Source: a virus | Taxonomy: Duplodnaviria > Caudoviricetes | Reading direction: 5' to 3' (one strand) | IMG/VR virus record: IMGVR_UViG_3300027732_000062 | Coordinates: 1 to 36,610 of that record | Length of the DNA stretch: 36,610 nucleotides | In this document: positions 17,591 to 25,771 of the stretch, one piece after another | Layout of the letters: each line of letters begins with the position of its first letter | Position numbering within the stretch: position 1 is the first letter of the stretch | Translations under genes and position numbers: made by a program | The notes under the pieces: generated by a model | Database searches by the model: none | What the model was told of the DNA's origin: nothing | Seen by the model: the letters and a program-made list of their open reading frames with translations, nothing else

Positions 17591-17620
17591 AAAACAATTC
17601 TTATTTATATTTATTATAAT
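17591..17620 (+). promoter_or_regulatory. Candidate late promoter
   Basis: AAAACAA-N13-TTATTATAAT. Confidence 0.6.
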
Positions 17621-17632
17621 TAAAAATATTAT

Positions 17633-18046
17633 ATGATAATTTTAAAAGAGCAAATAGAATCACAAACTATAAAATTCATACCGAGATTTTACTCGGCAGA
17701 TACTCTTATTTTAAGAAACGAAACAACTAATATTTCAGTTACATTAAATCCTACATTTGTAGTTGATGGATATTATTTAAAATGTGATTTAGCTTTAGAT
17801 TTAAAAGAAAATACTTTTTATAATTTAACTATTTTAAGTACACCTTTACCTTTTACTGCTGACAATGGAATTAAAACAGCTGATAATAATATATTAACTG
17901 CAGATATGACACAATTTAGTAGTGAAAATTCTTTAATTTATAGAGATAAAATCTTTTGTACAAATCAAAACAAGAATAACTATACAGTTAATGAGAATCA
18001 ATACATAGAGAACGTTACAACAAACGAATTTAAAATATATGAGTAA
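17633..18046 (+). CDS. Putative head-closure/neck protein with three TAD repeats
   Basis: 137 aa, upstream of the portal; TADNGIK-TADNNIL-TADM. Confidence 0.5.
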   Translation: MIILKEQIESQTIKFIPRFYSADTLILRNETTNISVTLNPTFVVDGYYLKCDLALDLKENTFYNLTILSTPLPFTADNGIKTADNNILTADMTQFSSENSLIYRDKIFCTNQNKNNYTVNENQYIENVTTNEFKIYE

Positions 18047-19817
18047 TATATCAATTGTAAATTTAAGTGCTTATACAAGCCCTACAATACAAGAAAACAA
18101 GAAAAATAACTATATTGAATATGGTGCTGATAATAATTACTTTCAATACTTAATTGATAGGTATTTATATAGTGCTACAAATGGTGCTATTATTACAGGT
18201 GTTTCTAATATGATTTATGGTAAAGGATTAGATGCTTTAGATTCTAATAAAAAGCCTAATGAATATGCACAAATGAAATCTATTATAAAAGATTCTGATT
18301 TAAAGAAAATAGCTTTAGAACGCAAACTTTTAGGAATGGCTGCTATGCAAGTTGTAATGGAAAAGAAACAAGTTAAACAAGTGCTTCATTTCCCTATGCA
18401 TACATTAAGAGCAGAAAAATGCAATGACAAAGGACAAATAGAAAATTGGTATTATCACCCTGATTGGACTAAAAAGAAACCAAGTGAAGAATTAAAACGT
18501 ATTCCTGCTTTTGGTTTTGGTAACGGAAATGAAGTTGAACTTTATATTTTACATCCTTACGTTAGTGGATTTGATTATTATAGTCCAATAGATTATAGTG
18601 GTTCTTTGCCTTATGCTTTGCTTGAAGAAAACATTGCAGATTATCAAATTAATGATTGCCAGAACGGTTTTAGTGGAACTAAAGTTATCAATTTTAACAA
18701 CGGTATTCCTACTGAAGAAATGCGTGATAAAATGAAACGTGATGTACTTGGTAAATTAACAGGTGCAAGAGGTGAAAAAGTTATCATTGCTTTTAATGCT
18801 AATGCTGAAAGTAAAACTACAGTTGAAGATTTACCTTTAAATGATGCTCCTGCACATTACGAATATTTAAGTAAAGAATGTTTTGAAAAATTAATTGTAG
18901 GTCATAGAGTTACTTCACCTATGTTATTAGGAATTCGTGAAACAGGTGGTGGCTTAGGTAACAATGCAGACGAAATAAAGACTGCTACGCTATTATTTGA
19001 CAACATAGTAATAAAACCATATCAGTTAGAAATAACTGATGCCTTAGATGAAATTTTAGCTATTAATAATATATCATTAAAGTTATATTTTAAAACTATC
19101 CAACCATTAGAATTTGTAGATATATCAGGAATGAACGCAGAAACAACAGAAGAAGAAACTGGTGTTAAAATGAGTTCAGATAGTAACGCTGATTTATTAA
19201 TTGAAAAAGGAGAAACTTTAGGTGATGAATGGTTTTTAATTGATGAAACTGAAGTAGATTATGAAACTGAAGATGAATTAGATTTAGAAATTGAAACTTT
19301 AAATAATAAAAAGAAAAGCACATTATCTAAAATGTGGCAATTTATTACTTCTACAGGAACTGCAAAACCAAACGCTAAAAGTCCTGAGCAAGATAAAGTT
19401 ATTGATGGTGTTCAATTCGTTACAAGATATGTTTATAGTGGTGATTTAACAGGTGAAAGACAATTTTGCAATAAAATGTTAAGAGCAGATAAAGTATATC
19501 GTAAAGAAGATATAGTTGCAATGGAAACACAAGTTGTTAATTCAGGATTCGGTCCTAAAGGTTCTGATTCTTATTCTATATGGTTATACAAAGGCGGAGC
19601 AAGATGCAATCATAAATGGTTAAGAAGAACTTATGCTAATTTTGATGGTGTTAAAATTGACCCTACAAATCCAAATGCAAAAGCTATTAGTTCTGCAACT
19701 GCTGAAAAATATGGTTATAGAATTAGAAACGATAAAGAAGTAGCAATGAAACCAAGTGATATGCCTACAAAAGGATACACACAAGAGTATTGGGATAAAA
19801 TGGGATATACAAATTAA
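18039..19817 (+). CDS. Portal protein with a C-terminal extra (MuF-like) domain
   Basis: YGADNNYFQYLID, GHRVTSPMLLGI, VIKPYQ core; C-terminal RQFC...KGGARCNHKW. Confidence 0.85.
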   Translation: MSNISIVNLSAYTSPTIQENKKNNYIEYGADNNYFQYLIDRYLYSATNGAIITGVSNMIYGKGLDALDSNKKPNEYAQMKSIIKDSDLKKIALERKLLGMAAMQVVMEKKQVKQVLHFPMHTLRAEKCNDKGQIENWYYHPDWTKKKPSEELKRIPAFGFGNGNEVELYILHPYVSGFDYYSPIDYSGSLPYALLEENIADYQINDCQNGFSGTKVINFNNGIPTEEMRDKMKRDVLGKLTGARGEKVIIAFNANAESKTTVEDLPLNDAPAHYEYLSKECFEKLIVGHRVTSPMLLGIRETGGGLGNNADEIKTATLLFDNIVIKPYQLEITDALDEILAINNISLKLYFKTIQPLEFVDISGMNAETTEEETGVKMSSDSNADLLIEKGETLGDEWFLIDETEVDYETEDELDLEIETLNNKKKSTLSKMWQFITSTGTAKPNAKSPEQDKVIDGVQFVTRYVYSGDLTGERQFCNKMLRADKVYRKEDIVAMETQVVNSGFGPKGSDSYSIWLYKGGARCNHKWLRRTYANFDGVKIDPTNPNAKAISSATAEKYGYRIRNDKEVAMKPSDMPTKGYTQEYWDKMGYTN

Positions 19818-19823
19818 TAAGAT

Positions 19824-20324
19824 ATGGCACAAGGTTTATTTATAAGTACAAACGATATAGTTAAATTCACTGTTTTAAATGGTAATTTAGACCCTGATAT
19901 TTATACACAGTATATTTTTCAAGCACAACAGTTGCACATTCAAAACTATTTAGGTACAAAGCTATATAACAAGATTAATGATGGTATTGTAGCAGGTAAT
20001 TTAGCAGCACCATATACAACGCTTTTAAGCGTATATATTAAACCAATGGTAATACATTGGGCTATGGTAGAATTTTTACCTTATGCAGCGTATAAAGTAT
20101 CTTCAAAAGGAGTATTTAAACATAATTCTGAAAACAGTACAACAGTTGAAAAGAATGAAATTGATTTCTTAATTGAAAAAGAAAGAGATGTTGCACAAAG
20201 TTATACAAATAGATTCATTGATTATATGACTTTTAATCAATCTTCATTTCCTGAATATAATAGTAATTCAAATGCTGATGTATATCCAGATAAAGATAGT
20301 GCGTTTGTTGGCTGGGTTTTATAA
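19824..20324 (+). CDS. Putative head-tail adaptor
   Basis: 166 aa helical protein directly after the portal. Confidence 0.55.
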   Translation: MAQGLFISTNDIVKFTVLNGNLDPDIYTQYIFQAQQLHIQNYLGTKLYNKINDGIVAGNLAAPYTTLLSVYIKPMVIHWAMVEFLPYAAYKVSSKGVFKHNSENSTTVEKNEIDFLIEKERDVAQSYTNRFIDYMTFNQSSFPEYNSNSNADVYPDKDSAFVGWVL

Positions 20325-20331
20325 TAATATT

Positions 20332-20430
20332 ATGAGTGTAAAAGAAACATATAAACCGAAAGAAGTAAACGTTAAGAAATTAGAAATTTTTTTAAATAAA
20401 TTAGATAAAAGAAATGATACAAGTAATTAA
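20332..20430 (+). CDS. Hypothetical 32-aa basic peptide
   Basis: MSVKETYKPKEVNVKKLEIFLNKLDKRNDTSN fills the intergenic gap. Confidence 0.55.
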   Translation: MSVKETYKPKEVNVKKLEIFLNKLDKRNDTSN

Positions 20431-21028
20431 TATAGGAACAACTGCAAATGATGGTACTGGTGATACAGTAAGAAATGCATTTGATAAAGTTAATGATAAT
20501 TTTATTGAAGTTTCAAAAGGCTTATATGCACAAACTGCTTTAGGCACTCCTGTAGTTTATGCTCCAAGTGGTGGACAAAAAGACTTAATTGGAACAGGTG
20601 TAGGAAGTTTGGTTATTCCTGCTAATACACTTAAAATAGGTGATTCATTTGCTGCTAAAATGTGTGGTAATTTAACTAACACAAATAATCAAATATTGCA
20701 CTTTAGAATTAAATCAAACGGGGTTGTTATTATAGATGCTTTAGAATATACTTTAGCGACAGCTACAAATAAAATATTTGATTTAATATTAGATTTTACA
20801 ATAACAAAAATAGGTGGCGCAGGAGTTGCTGAATTATTTGCAAACGGAAGTTTTACATATAACAAAGATGCTTCAAATGCAATTGAAGGCATAAATTTTG
20901 GATTAGTAAGTAATACTGTTTTTAATACAACTGTAAGTAATACACTAACAATTACAGCAGAATGGATAACTAATAATGCTGCTAATTCAATACGTTCACA
21001 AAATTTCACATTAACTAAAGTTTATTAA
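20414..21028 (+). CDS. Virion appendage protein with T4 gp9/gp10-like N-terminal motif
   Basis: QVINIGTTANDGTGDTVRNAFDKVNDNF followed by a beta-rich domain. Confidence 0.65.
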   Translation: MIQVINIGTTANDGTGDTVRNAFDKVNDNFIEVSKGLYAQTALGTPVVYAPSGGQKDLIGTGVGSLVIPANTLKIGDSFAAKMCGNLTNTNNQILHFRIKSNGVVIIDALEYTLATATNKIFDLILDFTITKIGGAGVAELFANGSFTYNKDASNAIEGINFGLVSNTVFNTTVSNTLTITAEWITNNAANSIRSQNFTLTKVY

Positions 21029-21030
21029 TT

Positions 21031-21267
21031 ATGTCAGACTGGGGACAAGGAGCAAATAATAACAATATAGGTTGGGGTCAAGGTGCTTTTAATAATATTA
21101 TATCTTGGGGTAAATCACATTATGTTAGTTGGAGTGGTGAAACAGATATTGTAGGAAATGAAGGTGGTATAACTACAAATTTTAAAGCAAGAGTTTTAGC
21201 TGATTCAGGAATATTTGAAGCACAATCTTGTTTATTAGCAACATTAGAAAATTTAGATAAGATATGA
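21031..21267 (+). CDS. Small structural protein with WG repeats
   Basis: WGQGA-x6-WGQGA-x6-WGKSH. Confidence 0.6.
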   Translation: MSDWGQGANNNNIGWGQGAFNNIISWGKSHYVSWSGETDIVGNEGGITTNFKARVLADSGIFEAQSCLLATLENLDKI

Positions 21268-22427
21268 GTTTATTAGATAAAGCGAGTTTGGTTATAACAC
21301 CAAATGCAGTAAAAACTGGGAAATTGTATTCAGTAGTTCCAAACACTACTTTAGGCGATATGACTGTAGTTCGTGGTACAATAGCAACGAGAGTAAATAG
21401 TGCGGGTTTAATTGAAAGCGTAGGAGTTAACATTCCACGAATAGATTACACAAACGTAAGTTGTCCTACTTTATTGGTAGAACCACTTAGAACTAATTTA
21501 GCTTTAAATAACGATGGAAATTTAAGTACATATCCAACAGCTATAAATGTAACTAACGCATCAAGTTCTTTTAATTCTTTTGTTAATGCAATACAATTTC
21601 CAAACACGGGTTTAGCCTTAGCTTATAAGTCAGTTTCTACAACAGTTCAAACTTATGCTATTTCTGCTTTTATAAAAATGGATGATAATTCAGTTCCAAT
21701 ACTTTCAGCGAGTGCAACAACTGGAAACGTATGTTTAGTTATAGCAGGTAATGTTGCTACAAATAATTTAAAAGTTGAAAGTTATGGTAACAATGTTTAT
21801 AGATTAAGTGCAACCGCAACAAGTTCAGGAAGTAATAATAATAATGGTGTGCTTAGATACGACACACAAGTATTAAAATCTTTTAAAATTACAGGAATAC
21901 AATTAGAAGTAGGCTCATACGCCACTTCATACGTGCCAACTGTAGCTGCTTCAGTAACTCGTAATGCTGATGTAATATCTAAAACAGGAATAAGTAGTTT
22001 AATAGGGCAAACAGAAGGTACTATTTATTATGAATTTTCTGCTCCTCTTGTAGAAAATATTACAAGAGCATTAAGTGTAAGTGGTTCTGATACTAATAAT
22101 AGAATTAATATTTCAACTTTTTCAAGTTCAATTTTTGTTCGTGTAGATGTTGGAGGTGCTAATCAAGTAAATTCAAGTGCGGTAATAACAGTTACTAATA
22201 TGAATAAAGTTGCTTTTAGATATAAGGCTAATGATTTTTCATTATATGTTAATGGTGTAAATGTAATTACAGACACGAGTGGAATAACTTTCCCTGCAGC
22301 AACATTAGATAGATTTAGTAATATTCAACCTGATTCTTCGTCGCCTTTCAATGGTAATATTAAACAAGTTACATTTTTTAAAACTGCTTTGTCAAATTCT
22401 GAGCTTGCACAATTAACAACTATATAA
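21264..22427 (+). CDS. Fibre/spike protein with ConA/LamG-like C-terminal domain
   Basis: ATRVN, PRIDY, LLVEP.RTNL, QLEVGSYATSYVPT, VTRNAD, LYVNG motifs. Confidence 0.7.
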   Translation: MSLLDKASLVITPNAVKTGKLYSVVPNTTLGDMTVVRGTIATRVNSAGLIESVGVNIPRIDYTNVSCPTLLVEPLRTNLALNNDGNLSTYPTAINVTNASSSFNSFVNAIQFPNTGLALAYKSVSTTVQTYAISAFIKMDDNSVPILSASATTGNVCLVIAGNVATNNLKVESYGNNVYRLSATATSSGSNNNNGVLRYDTQVLKSFKITGIQLEVGSYATSYVPTVAASVTRNADVISKTGISSLIGQTEGTIYYEFSAPLVENITRALSVSGSDTNNRINISTFSSSIFVRVDVGGANQVNSSAVITVTNMNKVAFRYKANDFSLYVNGVNVITDTSGITFPAATLDRFSNIQPDSSSPFNGNIKQVTFFKTALSNSELAQLTTI

Positions 22428-22428
22428 T

Positions 22429-22752
22429 ATGAATATTTTTAAACTTAATTACACAGACAAAGACACTGCAATAGCTGATTTGATAGCTAAAGGAGTATAT
22501 GTTGAAACAGAAAAAGGACTTATTTACGGGCAAGGTATTCACGCAATTGTTGAAATTGGTAAAATAGTTTTAACAAATGGAACATACGATGCTGATTTTA
22601 AAGAATTAACTGCTCCGATATTCGCTGATGGATATGCTTACGATGTAATGTCAGATATAGAATATAATTTTGAAAGTGAAATATTTCCAACTAATCCAGT
22701 ACACGGTTTTGCTGGATGTGAAGCAATTATAGATGAGCAAGGAGCAATTTGA
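22429..22752 (+). CDS. Fibre-associated small protein
   Basis: 107 aa directly after the fibre gene; PTNPVHGFAG C-terminal motif. Confidence 0.55.
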   Translation: MNIFKLNYTDKDTAIADLIAKGVYVETEKGLIYGQGIHAIVEIGKIVLTNGTYDADFKELTAPIFADGYAYDVMSDIEYNFESEIFPTNPVHGFAGCEAIIDEQGAI

Positions 22753-22915
22753 TATAATATTAAGTAAATGGATTTCACGCAAGTTACTTGTTTTTATGGT
22801 AGCTTGTGGAGGTTTATTTAGCGGTCAATTAACCTCAAGTGATTGGGTTATAATTGCAACTGCTTACATAGGAATTGAAGGAATTACAACAATAGTAGAA
22901 AGATTAAGAAAATGA
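22733..22915 (+). CDS. Holin/antiholin-like membrane protein
   Basis: 60 aa, two hydrophobic segments, SRKLLV motif, upstream of the endolysin. Confidence 0.65.
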   Translation: MSKEQFDIILSKWISRKLLVFMVACGGLFSGQLTSSDWVIIATAYIGIEGITTIVERLRK

Positions 22916-23076
22916 TTGATAATTTAAAAATTTATTTATTGAATACAGGTGTATTTTTGTTTTCATTAAGTAAAGCAGAAGCAAATTTAAAAATAGTTTT
23001 ACTATTAGTTTCAATAATATACACAGGTATGAAAATATTTGATTGGTTAAAAAGCAAAAAAGATGAAGTTAAATAA
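22912..23076 (+). CDS. Second holin-like membrane protein (54 aa)
   Basis: MIDNLKIYLLNTGVFLFSLSKAEANLKIVLLLVSIIYTGMKIFDWLKSKKDEVK. Confidence 0.65.
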   Translation: MIDNLKIYLLNTGVFLFSLSKAEANLKIVLLLVSIIYTGMKIFDWLKSKKDEVK

Positions 23077-23509
23077 TTCTGGCTACCTTTTAATTACAGA
23101 GTTTGAAGGATATAGTGCAAAGCCTTATTTATGTTCTGCAAAAGTACCGACAATAGGATATGGTAACACATATTATACTGATGGTAAACGTGTGACAATG
23201 TTAGACAAAGAGGTAAACAAACAACAAGCGTTTGAAATGTTTAAAGTAATTGCTGATAGATTTGCTTCTAAAGTTTCTAATTTAGTTAAAACACCTTTAA
23301 ATCAAAATCAATTTAATGCTTGTGTATCTTTAGCATATAATATAGGAATGGCTAATTTTATGAATAGTACACTTTTAAAATTAGTGAATAAAAATCACAA
23401 TGACATTTTAATTGGCTTAGAATTTAAGAAGTGGAATAAAGTAAATAAAAAAGTAGTTGCAGGTTTAACAAGAAGAAGAAATTATGAAAGCGATATATAT
23501 TTTAGTTAG
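23063..23509 (+). CDS. Endolysin, GH24 lysozyme family
   Basis: FEG..YLCSAKVPTIGYG (E-x8-C-x5-T), NQNQF, AYNIG, GLTRRR. Confidence 0.93.
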   Translation: MKLNNSGYLLITEFEGYSAKPYLCSAKVPTIGYGNTYYTDGKRVTMLDKEVNKQQAFEMFKVIADRFASKVSNLVKTPLNQNQFNACVSLAYNIGMANFMNSTLLKLVNKNHNDILIGLEFKKWNKVNKKVVAGLTRRRNYESDIYFS

Positions 23510-23942
23510 TTTAATTTTATTTAGTTGTGGTTCACGCAAAGTAAATATATCTAATTTAGAAATAAAAAAAGATAGTTTGTCACAAATAGATACTAAAATT
23601 GTTACAAAAGAAATTTTTAAAAATGAAATTAAGAATGATATTTTAATTGAAGAATTTACTATTAAACCATTTGATACTTTAAAAGATATTGTAATAAACG
23701 GTGTAAATTATAAAAATGCTATTATAAGCTATAAAAAAGTAAAAGATAATACTTTACATATAAATAATAAAATAACATCTAAAATCAAACATAAACAACA
23801 AAATACCAATGTTTCAATAATAAAAAAAGAATTTAAAAAAGTAACAGATAAAAAATTTAATTATTTGTTATTGCTTTGGCTTTTATTAATTCCTATTCTA
23901 TATTTAATTTATCGGTTTTGGATATTTAAGTTTTTTGTATAG
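23484..23942 (+). CDS. Putative unimolecular spanin
   Basis: Lipobox ILFSC at the N-terminus and a C-terminal TM segment (YLLLLWLLLIPILYLIY), after the endolysin. Confidence 0.7.
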   Translation: MKAIYILVSLILFSCGSRKVNISNLEIKKDSLSQIDTKIVTKEIFKNEIKNDILIEEFTIKPFDTLKDIVINGVNYKNAIISYKKVKDNTLHINNKITSKIKHKQQNTNVSIIKKEFKKVTDKKFNYLLLLWLLLIPILYLIYRFWIFKFFV

Positions 23943-24131
23943 TCGCCTTCACCACACTTTGTTCTACTTATTTTGTTTTTGTAAACTTTTTTTAAATTTT
24001 CTTTAGTTTCTTATTTTGTTTTTTAAAAATCTTATTTGTTTGTTGCGAACAAGGCAAAGTTATAGAATTAAAATTAAAAAGATTCTGTTTTTTTAAAAAA
24101 TTTATTAACACGATTGTTAATATCTTAAATT

Positions 24132-24139
24132 TATATTTG
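24132..24139 (+). promoter_or_regulatory. TAnnTTTG -7 box upstream of the HNH/ninG genes
   Basis: TATATTTG, preceded by palindrome TTAACA-CGAT-TGTTAA (24105-24120). Confidence 0.5.
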
Positions 24140-24142
24140 TAT

Positions 24143-24703
24143 ATGAAGAAATGTGTAAAATGTAATATAGAAAAAAATTTAACCGAATTTATAAAACAAA
24201 AAAGAAATAAAGATGGTTATAGAAATGATTGTAAAATTTGTGCAAAAGAATATTTTAAGGAATATTATTTAAAAAATTTAGAAAATATAAAAACTAAAAC
24301 AAAAGAATATCAATTAAATAATTTAGAAAAAATAAAAGAATATAATTTTAATAATAAAGTAAATAGAAATAATAGAGATAAAAAAAGAAAATTAGAAAAT
24401 CCATTGTTTAAATTAAGATGTAATATAAGAACGAGAATATGTAGTTCAATAAAAAATAATGGTTATACTAAAAAATCAGTATCACATAAAATATTAGGAT
24501 GTAGTTTTGAAAAATTTAAACAACATTTAGAAAAACAATTTACTAAAGGTATGACTTGGGAAAATGCTGGTAAATGGCATCTTGACCATATTTATCCTGT
24601 ATCATTAGCAAAGACAGAAGAAGAACTTATAAAGTTAAATCATTATACTAATTTTCAACCTTTATGGGCAATTGACAATATTATTAAAGGAAATAAGATA
24701 TAA
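24143..24703 (+). CDS. HNH-type endonuclease with N-terminal zinc ribbon
   Basis: CVKC...CKIC; WHLDHIYP...NFQPLWAIDN. Confidence 0.85.
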   Translation: MKKCVKCNIEKNLTEFIKQKRNKDGYRNDCKICAKEYFKEYYLKNLENIKTKTKEYQLNNLEKIKEYNFNNKVNRNNRDKKRKLENPLFKLRCNIRTRICSSIKNNGYTKKSVSHKILGCSFEKFKQHLEKQFTKGMTWENAGKWHLDHIYPVSLAKTEEELIKLNHYTNFQPLWAIDNIIKGNKI

Positions 24704-25105
24704 ATGGCTAAAGAAATAAAAAGAAGTACGCTTGTTAAAAAATTAGATACTATATTTAGTATTTATATTAGAAGAAAAGATTCTGTAAATGATATTGCAG
24801 AGTGCGTTACTTGTGGTAAAAAAAGTCATTGGTCAAAACTTCAAAATGGTCATTGGGCAAGTAGAAGGCATTATTCAACTCGATGGGATGAACAAAACTG
24901 CAACGTTCAATGTGCAGGTTGCAATGTATTTAGAGCAGGTGAAATTTACTTATATACTAAATATCTTTGTTCAAAATATGGTGATAACTTTCCTGAAGAA
25001 ATGTATATTAAATCACATAAAGTTGTTAAATTTGCAGACGTAGATTTGCAAGATATGATAGAATACTATACTAATAAGGTTACGTACTTAGATAGCATAC
25101 CATAA
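24704..25105 (+). CDS. ninG: Lambda NinG/Rap-like recombination endonuclease
   Basis: FSIYIRRKD, CVTCG, QNGH, TRWDEQN, QCAGCN. Confidence 0.85.
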   Translation: MAKEIKRSTLVKKLDTIFSIYIRRKDSVNDIAECVTCGKKSHWSKLQNGHWASRRHYSTRWDEQNCNVQCAGCNVFRAGEIYLYTKYLCSKYGDNFPEEMYIKSHKVVKFADVDLQDMIEYYTNKVTYLDSIP

Positions 25106-25150
25106 GCACTGCTTTTAAGTCTTTTTTTGTTTTTGTTTTTCTTTGTTTTA

Positions 25151-25179
25151 AAAGGCTACTGTAAAAGGTAGCTTTTTTT
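25151..25179 (+). terminator. Intrinsic terminator
   Basis: AAAGGCTAC...GTAGCTTT followed by a T run. Confidence 0.75.
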
Positions 25180-25183
25180 ATTT

Positions 25184-25234
25184 GTTAAAGTTTTGTTAAT
25201 GTAGTTTTATATTCAAAAAACAGTTATATATTTG
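25184..25234 (+). promoter_or_regulatory. Early-type promoter of the recombination/replication operon
   Basis: GTTAAAGTTTTGTTAA-N27-TATATTTG. Confidence 0.8.
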
Positions 25235-25273
25235 CATAACAATAACAATTAAAAACAAACATAAACAAACATT

Positions 25274-25366
25274 ATGAAACAACATTTAAAAGATTTCGCA
25301 TTATCATTAGCCTTTATGGTTACACTTACATTAATTTATTTAACACTAACTTTTTATTTTTTATAA
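25274..25366 (+). CDS. 30-aa single-TM peptide
   Basis: MKQHLKDFALSLAFMVTLTLIYLTLTFYFL; AAACAAACATTATG leader as at 854. Confidence 0.65.
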   Translation: MKQHLKDFALSLAFMVTLTLIYLTLTFYFL

Positions 25367-25367
25367 T

Positions 25368-25547
25368 ATGAAAGATTTAACAGATTTCCAAAGGTTTCAA
25401 ATACAAAGTTTACAAGCAAGAATTTGCGAACTTGAAAACATTAACAATCAATTAGCAGAATATTGCTTTGAAGCATTAACAGATGAAATTACATCAGAAT
25501 ATAAAACTGTAATTAAAAAAGAAATTTATAACTTAAAATCAAATTAA
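25368..25547 (+). CDS. Hypothetical 59-aa protein
   Basis: MKDLTDFQRFQIQSLQARICELEN...LKSN; tightly packed ORF. Confidence 0.7.
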   Translation: MKDLTDFQRFQIQSLQARICELENINNQLAEYCFEALTDEITSEYKTVIKKEIYNLKSN

Positions 25548-25548
25548 A

Positions 25549-25770
25549 ATGAAATATAGAATAATTGAAAAAGCAAATGGTTATTTTATACCACAAGTTA
25601 AATTTGGTTTTGGTTGGGATTGGAATAACCTTGACAAAGATTTATACAATTGGTATATAGAAACAAATTATTGTAAATTTGAAACGTTTTCAGAAGCATT
25701 AGCAATAATTGAAAAATATAAAATACAAATAGAAGAAGATAAAATAATTAAATACTATAAAATAAATTAA
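25549..25770 (+). CDS. Hypothetical protein (73 aa)
   Basis: MKYRIIE...FIPQVK...W; operon packing. Confidence 0.75.
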   Translation: MKYRIIEKANGYFIPQVKFGFGWDWNNLDKDLYNWYIETNYCKFETFSEALAIIEKYKIQIEEDKIIKYYKIN

Positions 25771-25771
25771 A

